Origin: the human T2T-CHM13v2.0 reference genome, Homo sapiens
Direction: 5' to 3' (one strand)
Length of the DNA: 64,000 bases
Assembly (NCBI RefSeq): GCF_009914755.1
Contig: NC_060947.1
Shown here in pieces: positions 43,842-55,401 of the stretch. Each line of letters begins with the position of its first letter. Within the stretch, counting starts at the first letter, position 1. The notes under the pieces were generated by a model. That model had not been told where the DNA came from and searched no databases. It worked only from the letters and a program-made list of their open reading frames with translations. The translations under genes were made by a program, and so were the position numbers.

Positions 43842-46800
43842 TTTTTTAGTTTTTTAAATTTCAACTATTATTTTTGATTCAGGGGGTACATGTGCAGATT
43901 TGTTACCTGGGTATATTGGGTGACGCTGAGGTTTGGGGTATGAATAATCTCATCATATTCATAGTTGTTCAACCCTTTCTCCCCTCTCTCCCTTCTAATA
44001 CTCTTCAGTGTCTATTGTTGCTGTCTTTATTTCCATGAGTACCCAATGTTTAGCTTCCACTTATAAGGGAGAACATGCGATATTTGGCTTTCTGTTGCTG
44101 TGTTAATTTGCTTAGGATAATGGCCTCCAGCTGCACCCATGTTGCTGCAAATAACATAGTTTGTTCTTTTAAAGACTGCGTATATCCTATGGTATATGCG
44201 TGCTATATATAAGAAATCCAATCCACCACTGATGGTCACCTAGGTTGACTCCATGTCTTTGCTATTGTGAACAGTGCTGTGTCAACATGCAAGTGCATGT
44301 GTCTTTTTGGTAGAACAATTTGTTTTCTTTTGGAGATAATACTCAGTAATGAGAGTTTCTGGGTTGAATGGTAATTCTGTTTTTTGTTCTTTGAGAAATC
44401 TTCAAAATGCTCTCCACAAAGGCTGAATTAATTTACATTCCCACCAACAGTGTATAAAAATTCTCTTTTCTCCCCAACTTTGTCAGCGTCTGTTGTTTTT
44501 TGGCTTTTTAATAATAGCTATTCTGACTGGTGTGAGATAGATTCTCATTGTGGTTTTGATTTGCATTTATCTGGTGAAGAATGATGAGGAATTTTTTTTA
44601 TATGTTTGTTGGCCCCTTGTATGTCTTCTTTTGAGAAGTGTCTGTTTATATTTTTTGCCCACTTTTGAATGGAGGCTTTTGTTTTTTGCTTGTTGTTTGT
44701 TTATGTTCTCTACAGTCTAGATAGTAGACCTTTGCTGAATGTATACTTTGGGAACATTTTCTCCCATTCTATAGGTTGTCTGTTCACCTGGTTGATAGCT
44801 TATTTTGCTTTGCAGAAGCTCTTTAGTTTAATTAGGTCCCATTTGTCAATTTTTGTTTTTGTTGCAATTGCTTTTAAGGATTTAGTCATAAATTCTTTGC
44901 CAAGGCTAATGTCCAGAATGGTGTTTCGTATGGTTCCTTCTAGAATTCTTACAGTTATTGGTCTCACATTTAAATCTTTAATTCATCTTAGGTTAATTTT
45001 TGTATATGGTGATAGGTAGGGGTCCAGTTTCATTCTTCTACATGTGGCTAGTCAACTGTCCCAGCACAATTTATTGAATAGAAAGTCTTTTCCCCACTGC
45101 TTAATTTTGTCAACTTTGTCAAATATTAGATGGCTGTAGGTGTGCAACTTTATTTCTGGGTTCTCTATTTCTGTTCCATTGGTCTATGTGTTTGCTTTTG
45201 CATCAGTCCTGTGCTCTTTTTATTACTGTAGCCTTATAGTACAGTCTGAAGTCAGATAATGTGATGCCTCCAGCTTTGTTCTTTTTGCTTAGGATTATTT
45301 TGGCTATTTGGCTTATTTTGTGGTTCCATATAAATTTTAGAACAGTTTTTTTTTTTTCAAATTCTGGAAAAACGACTTTGGTAGTTTGATAGGAAGAGTG
45401 TTGAATCTGTATTTTGCTTTGGATAGTATGGCCATTTTTATATTTATTCTTCTAATCCATGAGCATAGGATGCTTTTTCATTTGTTTGTGTCATCTATGA
45501 TTTCTTTTAGCAGTGTTTTGTAGTTCTTCTTGTACAAACAAACCTCTTGCTGCCTTGGTTAGATTTATTCCTAGCTTTTTTTTTTTGGCTATTGCAAATA
45601 AAATTCTATTCTTGATTCAGCACTCAGCTTTAATATATAGAAATTCTACTGATTTTTGCACATTGATTTTGTATGCTGAAACTTTGCTAAATCTTTTGTG
45701 TTCCAGGAGCCTTTCAATGTTCTTTAGGGTTTTCTACATATTGAATCCTACTGGCCATGAATAGACATAGGTTATCATCTTCTTTTCCTGATTAGATCCC
45801 TTTAGTTCTTTATCTTTCCTGATTTCTCTGTCTAGCACTTCCAGTACTGTGTTGAATAGGAGTACTGAAGATGGGCATCCTTGTCTTATTCTAGCTTTCA
45901 AAAGAATGCTTCTAGTTTTTGCCTGTTTAGTATGATGTTGGCTGTGGGTTTGTCATAGATGACTCATTACTTTAAGGTGTGTTCCTTCAGTGACTAATAT
46001 ATGAAAGTTTTTATCATGAAGAGATGCTGGATTTTATCAAAAGCTATTTCTGTGTCTACTGAGATGATCACTTTTTTTTTAAATTTACTTCTGTTTATGC
46101 GGTGAATCACATTTATTGATTTGCATATGCTGTACCAATCTTGCATCCCAAGAATGAAACCTACTTGATCACAGTCTTCACGGTCAATTAATTTTTTGAA
46201 GTGCTGTTGGATTCAGTTTCCTAGTATATTTTTTTTGACAATTTTTGTGTCTTTGTTAATCAGAGATATTGGCCTATAATTTTCATTTTTTGTTGTGTCT
46301 TTGCCAGGTTTTGGTATCAGGATGATGCTGGCCTCATAGAAGGAGTTAGAGAGGAGTCCCTACTACTAGAATTTTTTTTTAAATAGTTTCAGTAGCATTG
46401 GTAACATCTCTTTTTTGTATGTCTGGTACAATTTGGCTCTGAATCCATCTGGTCTGGGTTTTGTTTTTGGTTTGTTTGGTAGTTTTTAAAATTACTGATA
46501 CAATCTCAAAACTCAGCATTGATCTGTTCACGGTTTCAATCCCTTCCTGATTCAATCTTGGGCGATTGTGTGCTTCCAGCAATTTCTCAATTTCCTCTAA
46601 ATTTTCTATTTTGTGTGCACAGAGGTGTTTATATTTTCTGAGGATCTTTTGAATTCCTGTGGGATCAGTTGCAATGCCACCTTTGTCTATTGTGACTGTG
46701 CTTCTTTGGATCATCTCCTGTTAATCTAGCTAGTAGCCTGTCAATCTTATTTATTTTTTCAATAGTTTGTATGATTTCAATTTTTTTAATTTATTGAGAC

Positions 46801-47757
46801 TATGCTTTATATATTCTGTATATACATGTATATTGGGTAGAGTATTCTGTGCATGTTTATTAGGTCCAACTGGTTAAGTGTCAAATTCAAGTCCAGAATT
46901 TCTTTGTTAGTTTTCTGTCTTGATGATCTGTCTAATGCTGTCAGTGGGATGTTGATATCCCCCAGTATTATTGTGTGGCTTTCTAAGTCTTTTTGTAGAC
47001 CAAGAAAAACTTGTTTTATAAGAAGAAAACACTCCAATACTGGGTGCATATGTATGTGTATAGTTAAGTCTTCTTGTTGAATTGAACACTTAACCATTAT
47101 GTAATACCCTTTTTTTTGTTGTTATTGCTTTAAACTCTGTTTTATCTGATATAAGAATAGCAACCCCTGTTCTTGTGTTCTGTTTCCACTGTAGATCTTT
47201 CTCTAGATCTTTACTTTGAGTCTATGGATGTTTATGCATGTGTGTTGGGTCTGTTGAAGACAGCAGACTGATAGGGCTTTTTTATGCAGCTTGTTACTCC
47301 ATATCTTTTAAATTGGACCTTCAGGCCATTTAAATTCAAGGTTAATATTGATATCTGAGGTTTTAATCCTATCATGAAGTTGTTAGCTGTTTGCTTTGTG
47401 TTTCCTATTTTGTGGTTGCTTTATAGGGTCTTTGGGCTATGTATTTAAGTTTGTTTTCCTGCTAGCTGCTATGATTTCTATGTTTAGAACTTCCTCAATA
47501 ATCTCTTATAAGGCTGGCCTGATGGTAACAAAGTTTTTCAGGGCTTGCTTGTCTGTAAAATCGTTTGTTTCTCCTTTGCCTATGGAACATAGTTTGGTGG
47601 GATATAAAATTCCTGGTTGGAATTTCTTGTTTTTAAGAATATTAAAAATTGGCCTCCAATTTCTGTTAGCTTGTAAGGTTTCTGCTGAGAAGTTCACTGT
47701 TAGCCTGATGGAGTTCGTTTGTATGTGATCTGACGTTTTTCTCTAGTTGCCTTTAAG

Positions 47758-47777
47758 TTTTTTTGTTGTTGTTGTTG

Positions 47778-47817
<40 letters not shown>
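47758..47817. repeat. (T)n(GTT)n(GT)n microsatellite inside L1 ORF1
   Basis: Read directly from the sequence. Confidence 0.95.
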
Positions 47818-47819
<2 letters not shown>

Positions 47820-49055
47820 ACCCTGGACAGTCTTGTGACCATATGCTTTGGTGATACTCATTTTGTATTATATCTCTCAGATGTTCTCTGGATTTTTTGA
47901 ATCTGGATATCTGTCTCTCTAGCAAGATCAGAGAACTTTTATTGAATTATTACCTCAAATATTGTTTTCCAAGTTACCTACATTGTCCACTTCTTCCTCA
48001 GGGATGCCAGTAATTTGTAGGTTTCTTCGCTTTACATCATCTAATATTCCTCAAAAACATTGCTTATTTCTTAAAATTCTTTTCTTCTTTATTTTTATCT
48101 GGCTATGTTATTTCAAAATACTGGTCTTTAAGCTCTGAAATTATTTCTTCTGCTTGGTACAGTCTATTGTTAAAGCTTTCAATTGTATTTTTTAAATTCC
48201 TTAAGTTAGTTTTTCAAATCCAGAAGTTCTGATTGCTTTCTTTCAAGATGTTTATCTCTTTCTTTATTTCCTGGATTGCTTTAGAAGTTATTTGTGTTCA
48301 TTTTCAGCTTGTCTTGGATCTCACTGAGCTTCCTTGAAATCCATGCTTTGAATTCTTTATGTGATTTCTGCATTTACATTTTGGTTAAGGACCATTGGTG
48401 GAGGGGTACTGCAATTCTATGGTGATGTCACTGCATTCATATTTTTCATAGTGCTAGAATTCTTGCACTGGTTTCTTCTCATCTGAGAATGTTGGCACTT
48501 CTCATTTTTGTAATTTTGTGTTAGGATATTTTCTTTTGTTTTTTATTTCAGTATAACATTATTATTTTTTTTTTCTTTCCCTTTCCCTTTCCTCTCCTCC
48601 CTACAGGGTGTGACTGTAGTGAATGCTGGGTATGGTCACTTGTCTTTGCTTCTGTAACCCTATGTAGTTTCGTTGACAGGTTTTATATTGATGTGTGTAG
48701 TTCAACCTACAAGCCAGTAGATGGTACTTATGGGTGAGAGCTGGCTGTACCTGATGTGGCTAGGTATATACATGATCCTTGTTTACTGGGAGAAGCTCTC
48801 TCTCATCTTAGGCAATGGGCTGATCTGTGGAGTGCACAGTTGTCTGAGCTCCTTGCTCTGTCCTATGTTAGGACAGGTCCAAGATTAGCATGGCCTGCCT
48901 AAATGTCCCCTGATGTCAGGCACAAACACCAGCACTTAGCAAGGATCCAGTGGACAGCCACTAAACACCCAAAGGTGTGTCTAGGCATGGAGCTGGGAAA
49001 CCTCCTCAGCCCCAAGTTCTCTGGACAGGGATTAGGGGAGGCCTAAATTCCTAAT

Positions 49056-49615
49056 CCAGGTCGGAGAGCGAGTGCTCCACATGCCTAGAGATATGCCTGG
49101 GTGTGGAGCAGAGAGAGATGCCTGTTTGTGAAGCAGAGAGAACCACCCTTCACCAAGATCTCTGCATAGTAGGGGTGAGGCAGCTCCAGGTTGCTGAACC
49201 AGGTGAGTGGGTGATCTGAATGTCTGAAGATCTGCCTGGGCATAAAATGTAGAGGGCTTGACTGCACCATGATCCATGGCCAACAAGGGCGGGGTTGCTC
49301 AGGCTACTAGTCCATGTGAGCAAGTACTCCAAATTCCTGGAGATCTGTCTGCATGTGTTGTGATGAAAGCCCCACTGCACCACCATCTATGCACAGAAAT
49401 AGGGGCAGGTAAAGCTGTTGATCCAGGTGAGGAAGTGCTTCAAACACCTGGAGATCTGTTTGGGTATTGAGTGCGAAGTGCCTGCTATACCACAATTTAT
49501 GTCCATGAAAAGTGGGGCAACTCAGATTGCTGATTCAAGCAAGTGGGCGCTCCAGATGCTTGGATTTCTGCATGGAGGTGGAACGGAGAGGGCCCTGCTA
49601 TACCACAATCTCAAG
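49056..49615. repeat. about 112-bp diverged tandem monomers x5 in the L1 5'UTR
   Basis: Units start at 49056, 49199, 49312, 49423, 49535: ccaggtgag..gtgctcca.atgcctggagatctgcctggg...ctgcacca.gatct. Confidence 0.85.
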
Positions 49616-50335
49616 GGGAGCATGCTGGGGCACCCATTAATGGCATACGCAAGTCAGTTTCAGGTTGCCAGCTGGCCTTGAATGAAAGTCTCATCATCCA
49701 GGAGAAAACACAGCTATAGCAGCTCTTCTCCTGCCCCAGGGCTTCAACAGGGGAGTGTAAAATTCTGGTACCTACTGCTGTGGTGCTTTCTACAGTTCTG
49801 GCTATGGAAGCCCCTACCCTGCTCCAGAGCAGGTGTTCCAATCTCTGGCCTGAGATTAAAATACCTGCATGGCCATACTGCTAGGTCTCAAAGGAATGGC
49901 TGATTTTGTATGTGCCTGGATTAAAAATGGCATCCTGCTGTCAGTCCTTGGCCTGGGCAAATTTCTGTAGTTTTTCCTGGTGTTTTCCCCTCAGGTCTCC
50001 AAGCCTCTCCCCAGGTTAGCACCAGGACTTTAAAGAAACAAAATATTCTCCCTCCTCTTGGGTTGCTCAGATCCCCAGTAGAAAGGTGAGTCACAGAGGG
50101 AGGCTCTCTGTCTCTCTCATGTACTGGGGCTTCACTTACTTTTATCAACTGGATGCCATCACATGGACTGCTTTCCCATGTCCTCCCCGCTGGGGCCCCC
50201 TTCACAATACTGGTGGATTCTCATTTTTCTTCTTGAATTAAAGCTCACAAAGTTGATCTTTATGCACTATCTTGCTATTTCCAAGTCACTGAGGCATGAT
50301 AAAAGGATTTAATCAGTCATCTTGGAAAAAAAATC

Positions 50336-51810
50336 TATTGTTAGTTTACATCCTTTTTTAAATATATAACTCCCTTGTCAGAAATGTGATTTGCAAATAT
50401 TTTTACCCAGTCTGTAGCTTGCCTTTTCATTCATTCACATTGCCTTTTGCAAAGTAAATATTTTTAATTACAAATAAGCTCAACTTAGCATATTTTTAAA
50501 AATAAATTGTGCTTTTGATGTTGTAGTTAAGAATGCTGCCTAACTGATAGTCACAAAGATTTTCTCCAATATTTTCTAATAGAAGTTGTATAGTTTTACA
50601 TTTTACATTTAGACTTTTGATTGATTCCAGGTTAATTATTTTATAAGATTAAAGATGTGGGTCAAGTTTTAATTTTCTGCTTATAACCTATAATCATTCT
50701 GTTGGCACTTGTTGAAAAGTCTATACTTTCACCATTGAATTCAGACCTTTGTTGAAAATCACTGTAGAATTTTGTGGATCTATTTCTGGACTGATTATTC
50801 TATTTTTATTAATCATTTTGTATTTATGATTTTGATAATATTACATTGTAATGATTAGGTACGTGCTATAGTAAATCTTGAAATCAGATCATGTGAGTCC
50901 ACAAATAGGTTTTTTTTAATCAAAATTGGTTGGCTAATCTAATTCCTTTACCTTTCCCCATAAATTATAGCATCAGCTTGTTGATATCTGCAAAAACAGA
51001 AGATCCATCTAAGATTTCCTTTTTATTTAGATTATGTTGACTTTACGGATCAATTGTGGGACCACTGACATCATAACAATATTGAGTATTCCAAGCTAAG
51101 AACATGGTGTATCTCTCCATTTAATTAGATTTTCTTTATTTTTTTCATCTTTTTTTTTAAATTTTAAGCACACAGATTCCACACACATTTTGTTACATGT
51201 ATACCTAAATGTGTCTGTGAATAGATACAGTGTTGTTTATTTTCAATCTGTATGTCTTTCATTTCTTTTTCTTGCTTTATTTCATTGTCTAGAACTTACA
51301 ATATTATGTCACATAGGAGTGGTGTCAACCTTACTGTTTCTGATTTTTGGGGAAAAGTATTCAATACTTAACCTTTGAATATCGTGTCAGCTGTTATCTT
51401 TTTGTAGGACCTGCATGTCAATTTGAAGATATTCCCCTGTTTCTAATTTGCTAAAATTGAATAGTTCTACTAATATAAATTTTGATCTAGTTGGTTGATT
51501 ATATTGCTCAAGTCTTCTATGCATTTACTGATTTTCTATTTTTTCCATCAAGTTCTAAGGAGTATTGTAGTCTCCAAGTATGACTGTGGATATGTCTATT
51601 TATCCTTTCATTTCTAGCTTATTTTGCTTATATTTTGAAGCTCTGTTGTAAGGTGCATACACACAGGATTGATACGTCTTCGTAGAGAATTGATCTTTTT
51701 ATTGTCATATAATGTATTTCTTTATACTGGATAGCATTTCTTGCTCTCAAGTAAACTTTATATAGATATAGTAACTCCATCTCTATTTCACTAAAATTTG
51801 TATAATATTT
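50336..51810 (-). mobile_element. continuation of the old L1MC/L1MD-like element (ORF2, antisense, internally deleted)
   Basis: tttgcaaatatttttacccagtctgtagcttgcc...gaagctctgttgtaaggtgcatacac...gaattgatc. Confidence 0.8.
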
Positions 51811-52461
51811 TTATTGATGTTTGATATCTATTGACATTTGAAGACTATAGAGAAATTTCATAAAAAGAGTATTATAAACTATTATAGTTTACAGCTAAAT
51901 ACTTGGATCTCTAGTTTATTATGTTGCTAACTTGTATTTTAAGATGATTCCAGCAAATAAAGGATACCGAAATCACTTATTTTTGAAATAATTATGACTA
52001 TATTTTATTCTTGAAACTAAGGCATATCTTAGAGTTCAATAAACTATACTTCCAAATTTATGTAATTTATTATTAGCTAACTATTTTTTAGCTATAATTA
52101 GTTCATTATATATTCTTATAATTTGTTTTCCAATTAATTTTGCTTTTATGTCCTCTCTCAGTGCTAGTTAGAAGCCATATTTCAGCTGACTTGCATGTAT
52201 AGATGAATGATCATAGTTTCCTTGAGGGTCACAGATACAATAAAAAATACCTACATTTGGGATACTAGGCCAAAGGATGCCAATTATGATAATGAGACCT
52301 CATCCACCCACTCCAAGTCATTTATACTTCCCTAAGAATTACTGACAAATTAAAAATACCAACTCTATAAATAATGGAAGTCTTTAATGCATTTGTATAT
52401 AGGTTGTTACCTTTTTTGTCACAATGATATTTAAGTGGCTAATAAAAATATGCCTTTGAAA

Positions 52462-52502
52462 TATAAATTTTATTATTTTTTTCCTCACCCCAACAGCTGC
52501 AG
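52462..52502 (+). promoter_or_regulatory. 3' splice site of the terminal exon; tandem acceptors CAG (52494-52496) and CAG (52500-52502)
   Basis: ttttattattttttt cctcacccc aacag|ctgcag|aaata; polypyrimidine tract and in-frame continuation. Confidence 0.88.
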
Positions 52503-53173
52503 AAATAACTGTTCAACCAACTGTGGAAGAGGCCTCTGACAACTGCACTCAAGAATGTCTCATCTATGGCCATTCTGATGCCTGCTGGATGCCGGCATCT
52601 CTGGATCATTCCAGCTCTTCGCAAGCACAGGCCTCTGCTCTATGCCACAGCCCACCACTGTCACAGGCCTCTACTCAGCACCACAGCCCACGAGTGACAC
52701 AGACCATTGCTCTCTGCCACAGCCCTCCAGTGACACAGACCATCGCATTGTGCCACAGCCCACCACCGATACAGGTGTCTGCTCTCCACCACAGTCCTCC
52801 TCTAGTGCAGGCTACTGCACTTCACCACAGCCCACCATCAGCACAGGCCTCAGCCCTCTGCTACAGCCCTCCTTTAGCACAGGCTGCTGCAATCAGCCAC
52901 AGCTCTCCTCTGCCACAGGTTATTGCCCTCCATCGTAGTCAGGCCCAATCATCAGTCAGTTTGCAGCAAGGTTGGGTGCAAGGTGCTGATGGGCTATGCT
53001 CTGTTGATCAGGGAGTGCAAGGTAGTGCAACATCTCAGTTTTACACCATGTCTGAAAGACTTCATCCCAGTGATGATTCAATTAAAGTCATTCCTTTGAC
53101 AACCTTCACTCCACGCCAACAGGCCAGACCGTCCAGAGGTGATTCCCCCATTATGGAAGAACATCCCTTGTAA
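52497..53173 (+). CDS. PCDH11X: Protocadherin-11 X-linked, coding part of the terminal exon (cytoplasmic tail); first full codon at 52499
   Basis: [32 protein letters not shown] (delta-protocadherin CM2 motif), 12-aa ALCHSPP repeats, ends [12 protein letters not shown]. The track start at 52523 is a GTG (Val), not an initiator. Confidence 0.95.
52637..52960 (+). repeat. coding 36-bp tandem repeat, about 9 units
   Basis: gctctNtgccacagcccNcca...caG units encoding ALCHSPPxxQxx. Confidence 0.92.
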
Positions 53174-53809
53174 AGCTAAAATAGTTACTTCAAATTTTCA
53201 GAAAAGATGTATATAGTCAAAATTTAAGATACAATTCCAATGAGTATTCTGATTATCAGATTTGTAAATAACTATGTAAATAGAAACAGATACCAGAATA
53301 AATCTACAGCTAGACCCTTAGTCAATAGTTAACCAAAAAATTGCAATTTGTTTAATTCAGAATGTGTATTTAAAAAGAAAAGGAATTTAACAATTTGCAT
53401 CCCCTTGTACAGTAAGGCTTATCATGACAGAGCGCACTATTTCTGATGTACAGTATTTTTTGTTGTTTTTATCATCATGTGCAATATTACTGATTTGTTT
53501 CCATGCTGATTGTGTGGAACCAGTATGTAGCAAATGGAAAGCCTAGAAATATCTTATTTTCTAAGTTTACCTTTAGTTTACCTAAACTTTTGTTCAGATA
53601 ACGTTAAAAGGTATACGTACTCTAGCCTTTTTTTGGGCTTTCTTTTTGATTTTTGTTTGTTGTTTTCAGTTTTTTTGTTGTTGTTAGTGAGTCTCCCTTC
53701 AAAATACGCAGTAGGTAGTGTAAATACTGCTTGTTTGTGTCTCTCTGCTGTCATGTTTTCTACCTTATTCCAATACTATATTGTTGATAAAATTTGTATA
53801 TACATTTTC

Positions 53810-53815
53810 AATAAA
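53810..53815 (+). terminator. candidate proximal poly(A) signal
   Basis: AATAAA with upstream TGTA (53795) and pyrimidine-rich downstream sequence; further AATAAA at 53973 and 54474. Confidence 0.45.
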
Positions 53816-55362
53816 GAATATGTATAAACTGTACAGATCTAGATCTACAACCTATTTCTCTACTCTTTAGTAGAGTTCGAGACACAGAAGTGCAATAACT
53901 GCCCTAATTAAGCAACTATTTGTTAAAAAGGGCCTCTTTTTACTTTAATAGTTTAGTGTAAAGTACATCAGAAATAAAGCTGTATCTGCCATTTTAAGCC
54001 TGTAGTCCATTATTACTTGGGTCTTTACTTCTGGGAATTTGTATGTAACAGCCTAGAAAATTAAAAGGAGGTGGATGCATCCAAAGCACGAGTCACTTAA
54101 AATATCGACGGTAAACTACTATTTTGTAGAGAAACTCAGGAAGATTTAAATGTTGATTTGACAGCTCAATAGGCTGTTACCAAAGGGTGTTCAGTAAAAA
54201 TAACAAATACATGTAACTGTAGATAAAACCATATACTAAATCTATAAGACTAAGGGATTTTTGTTATTCTAGCTCAACTTACTGAAGAAAACCACTAATA
54301 ACAACAAGAATATCAGGAAGGAACTTTTCAAGAAATGTAATTATAAATCTACATCAAACAGAATTTTAAGGAAAAATGCAGAGGGAGAAATAAGGCACAT
54401 GACTGCTTCTTGCAGTCAACAAGAAATACCAATAACACACACAGAACAAAAACCATCAAAATCTCATATATGAAATAAAATATATTCTTCTAAGCAAAGA
54501 AACAGTACTATTCATAGAAAACATTAGTTTTCTTCTGTTGTCTGTTATTTCCTTCTTGTATCCTCTTAACTGGCCATTATCTTGTATGTGCACATTTTAT
54601 AAATGTACAGAAACATCACCAACTTAATTTTCTTCCATAGCAAAACTGAGAAAATACCTTGTTTCAGTATAACACTAAACCAAGAGACAATTGATGTTTA
54701 ATGGGGGCGGTTGGGGTGGGGGGGGGAGTCAATATCTCCTATTGATTAACTTAGACATAGATTTTGTAATGTATAACTTGATATTTAATTTATGATTAAA
54801 CTGTGTGTAAATTTTGTAACATAAACTGTGGTAATTGCATAATTTCATTGGTGAGGATTTCCACTGAATATTGAGAAAGTTTCTTTTCATGTGCCCAGCA
54901 GGTTAAGTAGCGTTTTCAGAATATACATTATTCCCATCCATTGTAAAGTTCCTTAAGTCATATTTGACTGGGCGTGCAGAATAACTTCTTAACTTTTAAC
55001 TATCAGAGTTTGATTAATAAAATTAATTAATGTTTTTTCTCCTTCGTGTTGTTAATGTTCCAAGGGATTTGGAGCATACTGGTTTTCCAGGTGCATGTGA
55101 ATCCCGAAGGACTGATGATATTTGAATGTTTATTAAATTATTATCATACAAATGTGTTGATATTGTGGCTATTGTTGATGTTGAAAATTTTAAACTTGGG
55201 GAAGATTAAGAAAAGAACCAATAGTGACAAAAATCAGTGCTTCCAGTAGATTTTAGAACATTCTTTGCCTCAAAAAACCTGCAAAGATGATGTGAGATTT
55301 TTTCTTGTGTTTTAATTATTTTCACATTTTCTCTCTGCAAAACTTTAGTTTTCTGATGATCT

Positions 55363-55401
55363 ACACACACACACACACACACACGTGCACACACACACAC
55401 A
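55363..55401. repeat. interrupted (CA)n microsatellite in the 3'UTR
   Basis: Read directly from the sequence. Confidence 0.93.

Larger units (their letters stand above)
43842..50334 (-). mobile_element. near full-length L1PA15/16 / L1PB-like element
   Basis: 3' end gattcagggggtacatgtgcagatttgttacctggg; ORF2 and ORF1 remnants (IATDPTGIQKILR.., FSAETLQANRNWRPIFNILK); 5' end ttttttccaagatg on the minus strand; TSD core tattgtta at 43834 and 50336. Confidence 0.9.

Noticed and set aside
49056-49615. CRISPR-like periodicity (also 9593-9665 and 52637-52960)
   Set aside because: Eukaryotic DNA; whole units are homologous with no unique spacers and no cas genes
52642-52938. 98-aa overlapping ORF in an alternative frame
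   Set aside because: Explained by the 36-bp repeat lacking stops in that frame; deep in a terminal exon with no independent initiation evidence
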